Shown: in pieces, positions 55,306 to 63,631 of the stretch
Layout: each line of letters starts with the position of its first letter
How positions within the stretch are numbered: the first letter of the stretch is position 1
Virus record (IMG/VR): IMGVR_UViG_3300044642_000074
Coordinates: 50,809 to 114,808 of that record
DNA from: a virus
Length of the DNA stretch: 64,000 bases
Reading direction: 5' to 3' (one strand)
Notes under the pieces: generated by a model
What the model was told of the DNA's origin: nothing
The model's input: only the letters and a program-made list of their open reading frames with translations
Databases searched by the model: none
Program-made: the position numbers and the translations under genes

Positions 55306-55492
55306 GCTGTATTTTAGGTTGAAGAACCAGGGCATCTTTTACAGACTGCCCCAGGATACCTATAGGTTGACTAATCAATTCCAGAGATACAGGACCTGAT
55401 TCAGTCAGTTTGGATAGAAGTATTCTATCTAGCTCATTCTTGGGAACAAGAACAAGCCGTACATCTCCATTAGTTATAAATATGGTTTCCAT
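55274..55492 (-). CDS. Hypothetical protein
   Basis: 72 aa, operon packing. Confidence 0.55.
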   Translation of the reverse strand: METIFITNGDVRLVLVPKNELDRILLSKLTESGPVSLELISQPIGILGQSVKDALVLQPKIQHDATDKNQDL

Positions 55493-55505
55493 AGTGCGGA
55501 TTTAG

Positions 55506-56021
55506 TTATGCTAACTCAAAAAAGTTTGATGGTAATAAGCCAGCATTAACTAGCTTCTCAGCAATCTTTTCTTGAGTCAGTCCTAATTCTTTAAATGTGT
55601 GACGATCTTTGTACCCACGATCGTAAGACTTAACCTCACACATTTGTTTAATAAATAATGACTTGTGAAATAATGCAGACAATAGTGCATTCACCTGCTC
55701 GTTTATTACTTCCTGTTTCAGCTTATTAAGGAAATGTTGTACACGTTTGTACACTGAGATAATCTCATGTTTACGTTTAGGGGAGAGTTCCTTAATTTGC
55801 TCAGCTGATAGTACCGTAAGTCCATAAACGGTTTCTGCATAGAGTTTTTGTTGTGTTTTATTAAACACAGGTCTGTCAAGCTGTTGGTACTTAGCCTTTC
55901 CTAACTGTATTTCTTGTACAGCTTTGGATTGATAGGGTATGTACTTGTGCTTGTTACAGTCTCTGAAGGATATAATAATACCTTTAGAGTTGGCGGTAAC
56001 GGTTTTGTTAGGGTTGTACAT
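55506..56021 (-). CDS. Hypothetical protein
   Basis: 171 aa, directly downstream of a TTGTAGAAC motif. Confidence 0.65.
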   Translation of the reverse strand: MYNPNKTVTANSKGIIISFRDCNKHKYIPYQSKAVQEIQLGKAKYQQLDRPVFNKTQQKLYAETVYGLTVLSAEQIKELSPKRKHEIISVYKRVQHFLNKLKQEVINEQVNALLSALFHKSLFIKQMCEVKSYDRGYKDRHTFKELGLTQEKIAEKLVNAGLLPSNFFELA

Positions 56022-56072
56022 GTTCTACAAATTAGAGAGGTGAAGTTAGAGAATTTATACGAGTTCTACAAG

Positions 56073-56102
56073 AAAAAAGCCCAGGATTTCTCCCGGGCTT
56101 TT
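56073..56102 (-). terminator. Intrinsic terminator
   Basis: AAAAGCCC...GGGCTTTT hairpin. Confidence 0.7.
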
Positions 56103-56122
56103 AGTTGTTTTTATGCTAACTA

Positions 56123-56590
56123 TTATAACTGAACTGCTTCAGTTTTTAAGGTTAATGCAGAAATAGAACGTTGTGCTGCTTGTACTTCTTTGATTTCCTG
56201 TGAGTTAGTATGCACAATGAACTGGTCATTAGCATTCAAGTTAGATGTATAGAAGCTTTGACGATAAATAGGCTGATCATCATAGCGGCATATTACACCT
56301 GTATCACCTGCAATCTTGAGATCTCTTTCAGGATTCTCTGAGTTAAATGGAGTCAAAGACTCTATAACTACAATCTTACCTGGAATTTCCTGGCCTGCAG
56401 AAAAACCGGTTTCTACTAAGTCTTTTACAAGACCTTTGATTAATGCAGAACGTCTGCTGATACGGAGCCAACCTTGGTCATTGATAAAACTTCCAGTCTG
56501 CTCTACACGTACGTAACCGTACTCGGGATTGTTTTCTGATATGCCAATCACATTACCGTTTTGATCGGCTGAAACTACTACTTTACCCAT
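56123..56590 (-). CDS. Hypothetical protein
   Basis: Start at MGKVVV; the ORF-track start lies inside a terminator hairpin. Confidence 0.7.
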   Translation of the reverse strand: MGKVVVSADQNGNVIGISENNPEYGYVRVEQTGSFINDQGWLRISRRSALIKGLVKDLVETGFSAGQEIPGKIVVIESLTPFNSENPERDLKIAGDTGVICRYDDQPIYRQSFYTSNLNANDQFIVHTNSQEIKEVQAAQRSISALTLKTEAVQL

Positions 56591-56674
56591 TGTTAGGTAT
56601 TTTAGTTGATTAAAAAATAAAACCCCCAAGGACAGTTAGTCCCCAGGGGCTTGATTACTTGAATAATAAAGAAG

Positions 56675-56935
56675 TTAGTCCTCTTCAGGATTATAGTCTA
56701 TATCACTATAGGATATCTTATCTGTATCAGGTATGTCAGTTAAGTCCGGTGCTACATCTAATATATCTTCTGATATGGTGTTATCTTTCTTACTAAGGAC
56801 GGATCCAAACCATGGATCTTCCATGACGTCTCCGTAGTTATATGCAATAAGATATTCCAGTTCTTCATCGGACATTTCAACATACTGCTCGGTGCTTATC
56901 TCAATTACCTTACCATTTGGTAACTGGTAGAGCAT
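56675..56935 (-). CDS. Small acidic hypothetical protein
   Basis: 86 aa, D/E-rich. Confidence 0.65.
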   Translation of the reverse strand: MLYQLPNGKVIEISTEQYVEMSDEELEYLIAYNYGDVMEDPWFGSVLSKKDNTISEDILDVAPDLTDIPDTDKISYSDIDYNPEED

Positions 56936-57029
56936 GGGTTAGCATTTATATTAGTATAAAGCTAACTTGTAGAACTAACATAACCAAAGGTCTACAAATA
57001 GAACTATGGATAATAGAGCTATAATATTT

Positions 57030-57224
57030 TTAGTGGGTAGTTTTACTACGCATAAGGTCGTTGAAACGACGTTTCCAGTATGCATTAGTTTTGTTGATGT
57101 GTTCTTGCCTCTCCACCAGTTTTTCCCTGAGCTCTTTGTTTTCCTGCTCAAGTACTTTTACCTTGGTCCACGGAAATAGCTTGTTCAACCATTCTAGCAT
57201 AGTGTGTTTAGTATTTAATGTCAA
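57030..57224 (-). CDS. Small coiled-coil hypothetical protein
   Basis: 64 aa (MLEWLN is a possible start). Confidence 0.5.
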   Translation of the reverse strand: MTLNTKHTMLEWLNKLFPWTKVKVLEQENKELREKLVERQEHINKTNAYWKRRFNDLMRSKTTH

Positions 57225-57555
57225 CTACTTCAGGAGATACGTATACACTTTTAACATTTTGAATATCTAGTGTAGTTCCGTTAACCATAAGTTTAAATCC
57301 TTGATTAGTAGATGACGGGTTAACGATAGTTTGATTTGTTGCTGCGTTCGTCTTTGTTTGACGTGTAGCTCTTTTTTTCCTCGCTGTTCTGTACAACGGT
57401 TGCAGGGCTCCTGCTTTTACTAGTTTCTTTCGGATATAAGATACTTGAGCATAACTTAATCCGGATACTGAAGCTACGTCACTTAGTTTTTCACCACTAA
57501 CCAGCATTTTATTTACTTCTTGCTGAGTGTTTGAGTCTACTTTACTTGTAAACAT
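57208..57555 (-). CDS. HTH DNA-binding protein (paralog B)
   Basis: GEKLSDVASVSGLSYAQVSYIRKKL; C-terminal FKLMVNGTTLDI. Confidence 0.75.
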   Translation of the reverse strand: MFTSKVDSNTQQEVNKMLVSGEKLSDVASVSGLSYAQVSYIRKKLVKAGALQPLYRTARKKRATRQTKTNAATNQTIVNPSSTNQGFKLMVNGTTLDIQNVKSVYVSPEVVDIKY

Positions 57556-57580
57556 GTTCTAGGATATTAGATTTTGAAAT

Positions 57581-57608
57581 AAAAAAAACCGTGATATTTT
57601 ATCACGGC
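57581..57608 (-). terminator. Intrinsic terminator
   Basis: Minus strand CCGTGATA-AAA-TATCACGG followed by T-run. Confidence 0.8.
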
Positions 57609-57634
57609 TTGCTTTAACTAGTATGTGTACTAGT

Positions 57635-57991
57635 TTAGAAGTTGATTTCCATGCTATCTTTATTTATGTTAATATTTTTAGCATGGCCAGATATTTTAAC
57701 AGAGGTTCCGTTAACTATAAAATTATACTCTTCAGAATTTATCTGTTGAGATGATGAGCTAATTTGTCCTGTAGCATTAGAAACTGGTCTTATTGTTTCT
57801 ACTGAACCAGTAGGACGTTTACCTCTAACTGAAGGGAATTTAAACCCATCAGCTTTAAACCTAGCTTTATAATTGTGTACGGATGAAATAGCTACTCCAA
57901 AATGTTTGGCTATATCTTCAGGAGAATTACCGTTTTTAACCATCAGTTTCATCTGTTCTACCTGATCATGTGAAAGACGTTTGTGTGCCAT
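57635..57991 (-). CDS. HTH DNA-binding protein (paralog A)
   Basis: GNSPEDIAKHFGVAISSVHNYKARF; C-terminal YNFIVNGTSVKI; start at MAHKRL; TAATTTTG at 58016-58023. Confidence 0.75.
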   Translation of the reverse strand: MAHKRLSHDQVEQMKLMVKNGNSPEDIAKHFGVAISSVHNYKARFKADGFKFPSVRGKRPTGSVETIRPVSNATGQISSSSQQINSEEYNFIVNGTSVKISGHAKNININKDSMEINF

Positions 57992-58085
57992 AAAGTTCTT
58001 CTTTTTAGACCAAAACAAAATTACATCTTTTCACAGGATTATTAGATTTTGTATATTTACATGTACGTTTTCTGTTAATAAGCCT

Positions 58086-58183
58086 ACGTAACTAATTGAT
58101 TATCAACGTGTGCATCTGCCTTACAAGCAGAGGGTCGGCGGTTCGATCCCGTCAACTCCCACTTGATTATCAATGAGTTACGT
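58086..58183 (+). other. attP site: 3' 51 nt of tRNA-Val(TAC) (58112-58162) between 21-bp inverted repeats with IHF-like sites
   Basis: TCTGC-CTTACAA-GCAGA anticodon arm, GGCGG-TTCGATC-CCGTC T-arm, AACTCCCAC; no 5' acceptor strand or D-arm; both arms match WATCAANNNNTTR; adjacent to the integrase. Confidence 0.85.
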
Positions 58184-58208
58184 GGTATAACTACTAAAAA
58201 AGTTAACC

Positions 58209-59078
58209 ATGTTTCTTACGAAATCTTTAGATTACGCTTTTTCAAAGCTAAAAGTGGAGCCACATACCCGAGAGTGTGTGGCTTCTTCATTGAAATATAT
58301 CCAACTTTCTATACGGGCTCTGGGATATAATCAGATAGAAGCACATCGTATAACGCGTAAGCATGTTCGTTTGATAATGGATCAGTGTGAGCAAGATAGA
58401 AATCTTTCTGCTCGTAGCTGGAACGCATACAGAACCTACCTGGGCATGCTGTTTGAACAGCTTATGGAGTACGAACTGATAGAAAATAATCCAGTATTAC
58501 AACTCCGTAAAAAGCAGGAAGATGAGGTTGTGCGTACCGTTCTGACGCTAGAACAAAGAAAATTACTGATAGAACACTTAAAAGAAACCGACCCGGTCTT
58601 CTTAAGATTCATACAAATCTTCTTTCACTCTGGTGCCAGGCGTACTGAGCTACTTGATTTACGTATAGAAAACATACACTTAGATAAAGGATATTACCAG
58701 GTCTTTGTCAAAAAGGGACGAAAGAAACGCTGGGTAACCAAGGTAATTAAGGAAATAGCCCTGCCCTTCTGGAGGGAACAGATTGGTAATCACATATCCG
58801 GTTATATATTTTCTATAGGCTTATTACCTGGTGGTAAACCTATTCGTCCAGAACAGGTTACCCGCAGGTGGAAACGTCATGTAAAGGATAAACTTGACAT
58901 TACAGCAGATCTGTATAGTTTGAAGCATCTTAATACAGATGAAGTATCATCTGAGCTATCTCTTATAGAGGCAGCTAAGCATAACTCTCACTCTGTGCAG
59001 ATGGCCAAAAAACATTATGCTGTTAATGAAACGTTGCGTGAATTGGAACGAGTCAGGAAGATCAAGAATGAGCTTTAA
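58209..59078 (+). CDS. int: Tyrosine recombinase/integrase
   Basis: SAM-like N-terminal part, HSGARRTELL, VKKGR, LYSLKHL, HNSHS, KKHY. Confidence 0.9.
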   Translation: MFLTKSLDYAFSKLKVEPHTRECVASSLKYIQLSIRALGYNQIEAHRITRKHVRLIMDQCEQDRNLSARSWNAYRTYLGMLFEQLMEYELIENNPVLQLRKKQEDEVVRTVLTLEQRKLLIEHLKETDPVFLRFIQIFFHSGARRTELLDLRIENIHLDKGYYQVFVKKGRKKRWVTKVIKEIALPFWREQIGNHISGYIFSIGLLPGGKPIRPEQVTRRWKRHVKDKLDITADLYSLKHLNTDEVSSELSLIEAAKHNSHSVQMAKKHYAVNETLRELERVRKIKNEL

Positions 59079-59607
59079 CAAACTTACTTAGTAATCCGCT
59101 AAACCTTCCGCTTATATTATCAGCACCTGACATAGTCTGATCTTCTATGAGATCAATTTGGTCTATTAGGTCACCTTCTTCGTTGACTTGTTTACCCATC
59201 CGTTTGATATCATAGACAATTGCTTCTGTCTTGTGTTCAAACTCCAGGTTGATAAACAGTACTTCCCTTTTGATTGGGAGATCCTTCCAGTTATCTGGAA
59301 GTTTATCATTTTTAGGTGATGTTCTGACCCAAGCTTCTGTTGCCCAGCCCACACCATAAGGTATAAACTTTTCATGTATACCGTCAGCTATACCAGGTAA
59401 GACAACATCAACGAAAGTATCTTTCATGTCTTCTGACTTTAGAAACTCGTCAGGTATGGGGATGTGGATGATAGCATCTTTATCATTACCATCTTTATGT
59501 GCACCGAATACGGTGACATGAGGAAATAGATCTCCTACAGAAAGCATATATCTCTTGATATTGTCAAGATATCCTTTCTTAATCTCTTCATATTTTTCTT
59601 CTGTCAT
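59062..59607 (-). CDS. Hypothetical protein
   Basis: 181 aa with ATEAW motif. Confidence 0.7.
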   Translation of the reverse strand: MTEEKYEEIKKGYLDNIKRYMLSVGDLFPHVTVFGAHKDGNDKDAIIHIPIPDEFLKSEDMKDTFVDVVLPGIADGIHEKFIPYGVGWATEAWVRTSPKNDKLPDNWKDLPIKREVLFINLEFEHKTEAIVYDIKRMGKQVNEEGDLIDQIDLIEDQTMSGADNISGRFSGLLSKFVKAHS

Positions 59608-59616
59608 AAGATTGAT

Positions 59617-60201
59617 TTAGTCCCACCAGTGGTTTAGTTTATAATGGATGAGCTTCCAAAAGATACGCTCACACTTTTGTTGGTTGTAATCAGATACTCT
59701 AAAAGCTAGTTTTTCTGTATCTGCTACTTTTAGTTTGTATTTCTTACGAAGTTTCTTGGCCGTACGTTTATATTTAGCCAGATAGTCTTCAAGATTGTCT
59801 TCTAGGATGGTTAATTCCATAGTGACATACTCACCAGTAACATCAGCCGGTACAAAGTCGTATGACTTTTTGATGTACTCAGACATTTCAAGTTCATAGT
59901 AGCTGTGTTTAATACGTTCCAATAAGTTTAGAGCTAGAGTAATGTCTTTGTTAACAGCTTCTACGCCAACAAATCTGTTTGCGTTTACTAATTCTTCTCT
60001 TGTAAACTCAAGCTTTTTCTGAAGTATATCAGTTATAAAACTATGGTCCCAGTGTCTGTCTTTGTAGATGGTTGGCATCCATCTAATGATGTTACGCAGT
60101 CCTTGTAAGAACTGTTTAAGCCATATGGGTACATAACGTAACCATTTGTTTCTTTCCCAGGCTGAGTCTTTAGGAATTGGAAGTGGTTTATACTGTTTCA
60201 T
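59617..60201 (-). CDS. Conserved hypothetical phage protein
   Basis: NIIRWMPTIYKDRHWD...NHWWD. Confidence 0.7.
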   Translation of the reverse strand: MKQYKPLPIPKDSAWERNKWLRYVPIWLKQFLQGLRNIIRWMPTIYKDRHWDHSFITDILQKKLEFTREELVNANRFVGVEAVNKDITLALNLLERIKHSYYELEMSEYIKKSYDFVPADVTGEYVTMELTILEDNLEDYLAKYKRTAKKLRKKYKLKVADTEKLAFRVSDYNQQKCERIFWKLIHYKLNHWWD

Positions 60202-60463
60202 CTTTTAGATGTTGGATTACTTGTTCAAGATCTTTGACGTGAGAGTTATCAAGTATAAACTCATCCCATGCACCGTATCTGGATTTATATCCAAAGATGT
60301 ATTTCAGACCGTACTTGAGACGGTACCAGAAAGAACGTCTTACTAGGTGTACGTGTACATACACTTCTGGTGGAAACCATTCTGTTCCATCTGATTTATA
60401 CATGACCATTTGATGTTCTGTACTATGACAGCTGCATATAAACAATTGGTTAGTTTGTTCCAT
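60188..60463 (-). CDS. Hypothetical protein
   Basis: FICSCHSTEH...RLKYGLKYIFGYKSRYGAWDEF; start taken at MEQTNQ. Confidence 0.65.
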   Translation of the reverse strand: MEQTNQLFICSCHSTEHQMVMYKSDGTEWFPPEVYVHVHLVRRSFWYRLKYGLKYIFGYKSRYGAWDEFILDNSHVKDLEQVIQHLKDETV

Positions 60464-60644
60464 CTCTATCTGTTTCATAAAACCCGGCAGAGTCATACGC
60501 AGGTCCCTTGTCTTCTAGATAATCCATGTTACAGGTGTCTCCCTGACAGCATGGTTGGATATTACTTTTACAAATACTGCACTGTACGTGACCATGTACA
60601 TCTACAGGCACATAAGGCTGGTTACAAATAGGGCATAAGTTCAT
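60450..60644 (-). CDS. Small Cys/His Zn-finger protein
   Basis: CPIC...VHGHVQCSICKSNIQPCCQG. Confidence 0.6.
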   Translation of the reverse strand: MNLCPICNQPYVPVDVHGHVQCSICKSNIQPCCQGDTCNMDYLEDKGPAYDSAGFYETDRDGTN

Positions 60645-60668
60645 AAGCTTGTGATGTTTTAAAAGTGA

Positions 60669-61106
60669 TTAGTGACCTTGGTTTATTCTTTGTAAAGCTC
60701 CTTTACTAAAGGTTTTTCTTTCTCTTTCTATAAGAGCTTTGTACTTAGATCTGAAATAACCTTTTGATCTAGTAGACATAGCTGCTAGAATACCTGCCTT
60801 ATTAGGTTCTTTATTATTACCAGATTTGGTTTTTATTAATGACTTGGTAGATACATACAGATTTCTGTTCTGATAATAGTCAAACTTTTCAGGATCTTTA
60901 CCTGGCTTCTGTATATAATCTTCTTCTCTGATGTTGAGCTGTTCAAGAACAGCCTTGGTAAAAGTTATATTACCGTAATGAAAATACATGTAAATCAGTG
61001 AGATCTTTGACCGCATTATGAGTTCTGCTACAGTAGAACCTGCATTCTTGCCGGCAGAGATTACTGACTTTTCAGTAAGTGTTTTTAATAGTATTTTTCC
61101 TTCCAT
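60669..61106 (-). CDS. Basic hypothetical protein
   Basis: Start at MEGKILL; the ORF-track start runs into the tmRNA. Confidence 0.65.
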   Translation of the reverse strand: MEGKILLKTLTEKSVISAGKNAGSTVAELIMRSKISLIYMYFHYGNITFTKAVLEQLNIREEDYIQKPGKDPEKFDYYQNRNLYVSTKSLIKTKSGNNKEPNKAGILAAMSTRSKGYFRSKYKALIERERKTFSKGALQRINQGH

Positions 61107-61122
61107 AAAAAATAAGATTGTT

Positions 61123-61150
61123 AAAACCCCAGTGTAGAAACACCAGGGGT
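61123..61150 (-). terminator. Terminator after the tmRNA
   Basis: Minus strand ACCCCTGGTG-TTTCTA-CACTGGGGT-TTT. Confidence 0.7.
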
Positions 61151-61174
61151 ACGATTGCTTGCCATATGAAAAAG

Positions 61175-61686
61175 TGGAGGTGAGGGGAATCGAACCCCTG
61201 TCCAGAATAGAAGTCAATACGTAAAACGTATCACATGCTTAGTACTGTATTTCTACTGCACCGTAGGGGTTGAACCGATATGGTCGGACTCCACCACCTG
61301 ATTTAAGTTCAGGAACTTTGATAAATGTCAGCACGCCATCAGTATCCGGCAACGTAAGTGCTATCATAGGACTCTGTACCATTTATCAATGTAAGGCTGG
61401 GGCGATGTAGTCATTTAACTTAGTTTCACACCCATCACTCCTAAAGAGCTGTCAGTACTAAGTTACCTTACGGTTTACTATTTTCTGTTGCCAGGGATAG
61501 ATCCCCCGTAGGTTAGGCAGCTACTGCTACTTCACCGAAGATAGAAGCTAAGATAGCTTCACCTTCTGCTACACGGTCAGACTGTGTCTTGCCGTTTAAT
61601 TGTTTGCAGTTTGTTTAAGGACCACTTCTACCAACGGTCCGCATGTTTACGTACCACTTAACTACCTGTCAAATCCAGGCACCCCC
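61175..61686 (-). ncRNA. ssrA: tmRNA (SsrA), 512 nt; tag (A)GKTQSDRVAEGEAILASIFGEVAVAA*
   Basis: 5' GGGGGTGCCTGGATTTGACAGG; 3' AAGCATGTG...GGACAGGGGTTCGATTCCCCTCACCTCCA; acceptor stem with G3-U70; tag frame 61593-61513 ends AA-TAA. Confidence 0.92.
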
Positions 61687-61692
61687 ATGGTA

Positions 61693-61848
61693 TTATTTGT
61701 CTACCAGAATAAAGTCTAGGCTCCACTTGAGCCAGAATATTTCTATAGAAAGAAAGCACAGCTCTCCTTCGTAGAAGTTATCATATACCACCCGTAAGCC
61801 GGGTAGTATATAATAACAGTCTAAATGATTACTGATTTTCAGCTTCAT
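61693..61848 (-). CDS. Small hypothetical protein (51 aa)
   Basis: MKLKISNHLDCYYILPG...LKWSLDFILVDK*; fills the gap between NADAR and tmRNA. Confidence 0.5.
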   Translation of the reverse strand: MKLKISNHLDCYYILPGLRVVYDNFYEGELCFLSIEIFWLKWSLDFILVDK

Positions 61849-61849
61849 A

Positions 61850-62341
61850 TTATGCGTTGTATAGTTCGTATCTTAAAACAGCACGAACATTCATGATAGC
61901 TTGACCTAACAGATTAAGTCCACGCCACTTAGTAATATCTTCAACATCAGGATCTGTTTCGTGCATACCAATACCCCATATTTTATCAGTAGGGGAGGCT
62001 TCTACTATGATTCTGTTATCTGTTACACGTAACTCTTTTTCAAGATCTGGATGCTGAGAAAACTTAGCATAGTTTGCCTTGAATACTATATTCATACAGT
62101 GCTGATCCCATACATCTCGGTTAAAGTTTTTAACTTGTCTACCCAATGCTTTCTGTTCATCAGGGTAAGTTGTTTTCATAATAGCTTTAGCTGCATCTTT
62201 ATCATTAAAGAGCAAAGCTTTCTGTTCCATCATGTATTGTTCACAGCATGAATACATTACACCGTCTATTTGCATAGGACGTTGTAACCATTGGGAGTAA
62301 GGACCATCCCAGAAAAAAACAAATTTGTCTGTTATCTTCAT
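61850..62341 (-). CDS. NADAR-family N-glycosidase (YbiA-like)
   Basis: YSQW, EQYMMEQKALLF, KALGRQVKNF, KFSQH, VEASPTDKIWGIG, GLNLLGQAIM. Confidence 0.92.
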   Translation of the reverse strand: MKITDKFVFFWDGPYSQWLQRPMQIDGVMYSCCEQYMMEQKALLFNDKDAAKAIMKTTYPDEQKALGRQVKNFNRDVWDQHCMNIVFKANYAKFSQHPDLEKELRVTDNRIIVEASPTDKIWGIGMHETDPDVEDITKWRGLNLLGQAIMNVRAVLRYELYNA

Positions 62342-62364
62342 TTTATTAGTTTTTATAAATACAA

Positions 62365-62529
62365 AAAGTCTATCTCAGGGACTGCTTTTGGAGCTCATCG
62401 AACAGGCTACTAAGCGTGGCAACGTTTCATGGACCGGGATCCTTTTCTCTAGCTGCGGTCATTACTCAATTACTGTTCCGTTTGCGGTTACCCAGAAAAC
62501 CTACTTACAGGCTCCTGAGATCAGACTTT
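62365..62529 (-). ncRNA. Candidate rod-shaped ncRNA (6S-like architecture)
   Basis: Closing stem AAAGTCTGATCTCAGG/CCTGAGATAGACTTT with nested GAACAG/CTGTTC, GCAGC/GTTGC, GGAT/GTCC helices. Confidence 0.45.
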
Positions 62530-62530
62530 G

Positions 62531-62607
62531 TTTTTTAACTACTGTAACAGACCAATGCTGGACGAATCCATTTGACTTACTCGGTGTTGATACAGTCAGT
62601 TAAAAAA
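62531..62607 (-). ncRNA. Candidate hairpin ncRNA, SRP (4.5S)-like apex
   Basis: 77-nt rod; apex CAAAT-GGA-TTCG-TCC-AGCA. Confidence 0.35.
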
Positions 62608-62613
62608 GTTTAA

Positions 62614-62901
62614 TTACTTTAGTATGATAGTAGTCTTAGGTTCATCACGAGATACAAATACCCGTTTGATGATATGACTTGATTCCAATCTTTTCAAAGA
62701 TCTTATGATAGTTTGTTTAGAAACCGATAGTTCTGCAGCCATAGTAAATACACTGACTTGTAATTGGTTAGATTGACTATCAGCAAATGTGCATAGATAT
62801 GCATATATAGCTTTGTCATTCAAGTTAACAGCAGGATCTCTCATCACTGTACTTGTAGATTGACCAAAGCCATTCTTAAGTCTGGGATTATTGTATGACA
62901 T
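62614..62901 (-). CDS. Winged HTH (HTH_36-like) protein
   Basis: VMRDPAVNLNDKAIYAYLCTFA...MAAELSVSKQTIIRSLKRLE. Confidence 0.8.
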   Translation of the reverse strand: MSYNNPRLKNGFGQSTSTVMRDPAVNLNDKAIYAYLCTFADSQSNQLQVSVFTMAAELSVSKQTIIRSLKRLESSHIIKRVFVSRDEPKTTIILK

Positions 62902-62954
62902 AGAAATTGTAGAACAATATTAGAGAACTTTTCTGAGTTCTACAAATAATTCTT

Positions 62955-62984
62955 AAAAAAAAGGGGACCTGTTTCCAGATCCCC
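62955..62984 (-). terminator. Intrinsic terminator
   Basis: Minus strand GGGGATCTG-GAAA-CAGGTCCCC followed by T8. Confidence 0.85.
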
Positions 62985-63002
62985 GTACTTACCAACCCTA
63001 AA

Positions 63003-63602
63003 CTAATCCTCATTACCTGAGAATAAATTTCTTAAGAAGTCATCTATATCCGGTTTACCGTTATTATTAGGTTCACCATTAGCCCATTTATAGAGCATAT
63101 TCATATAAGTATCAAAGTTGTAATGACTGTTTTTTATAAGTTTGATACGTTTAACCATAGTCTTTTTGTTCAGTTTATCTACTGGAGCTTCATCTGCATC
63201 CTCATCATCATCGTCATCTTTGCTACCACGGATTTCTTCCATAAGTTCCAAGATCTTCATCTTAACGCGGTCTTCCCTGTTGTTCTGGCTTTCCAACATG
63301 TGTTTGTAATAAGCCATAGTTTCTGTAGCCATACGTTGAGCGTTGTTAAAGATCATTAAGGTATACTCATACTCTAAAGGATCAGTTATCATACGCAGAC
63401 AACGCTGAAGGTCACCTGTAACGGTAAGCATTTCTTTTGGTGCGTCATTTTTGTCTTCAAAAAGTTCTTGTACATGAAGAACATTACTTATTGTAGAGAA
63501 GAAAACACGTTCTCTGCATTTGGTACGGGTATCATCAGAGATACCCATAGCTTGATGAAAGTTTTCAATCTCATGATTGAATTGTTTGGTTGCTAATACC
63601 AT
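63003..63602 (-). CDS. Hypothetical protein with acidic tract
   Basis: Start at MVLATKQ; the ORF-track start lies inside a terminator. Confidence 0.7.
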   Translation of the reverse strand: MVLATKQFNHEIENFHQAMGISDDTRTKCRERVFFSTISNVLHVQELFEDKNDAPKEMLTVTGDLQRCLRMITDPLEYEYTLMIFNNAQRMATETMAYYKHMLESQNNREDRVKMKILELMEEIRGSKDDDDDEDADEAPVDKLNKKTMVKRIKLIKNSHYNFDTYMNMLYKWANGEPNNNGKPDIDDFLRNLFSGNED

Positions 63603-63631
63603 AAAAAGGTTTTTAGGATGATTGGATAAAG

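Noticed and set aside
58112-58162. Functional phage tRNA-Val gene
   Set aside because: No 5' acceptor strand or D-arm upstream; flanking inverted repeats and the adjacent integrase fit an attP core
62325-62603. 92-aa plus-strand ORF (also 63661-63918)
   Set aside because: Antisense to the local gene flow, no protein features, coincide with structured-RNA candidates
23061-62945. CRISPR or mini-array reading of the TTCTACA...TGTAGA repeats (superficially like Cas12a repeat stems)
   Set aside because: Copies are 7-10 bp, dispersed, variably spaced and tied to promoter regions; no repeat-spacer periodicity and no cas genes
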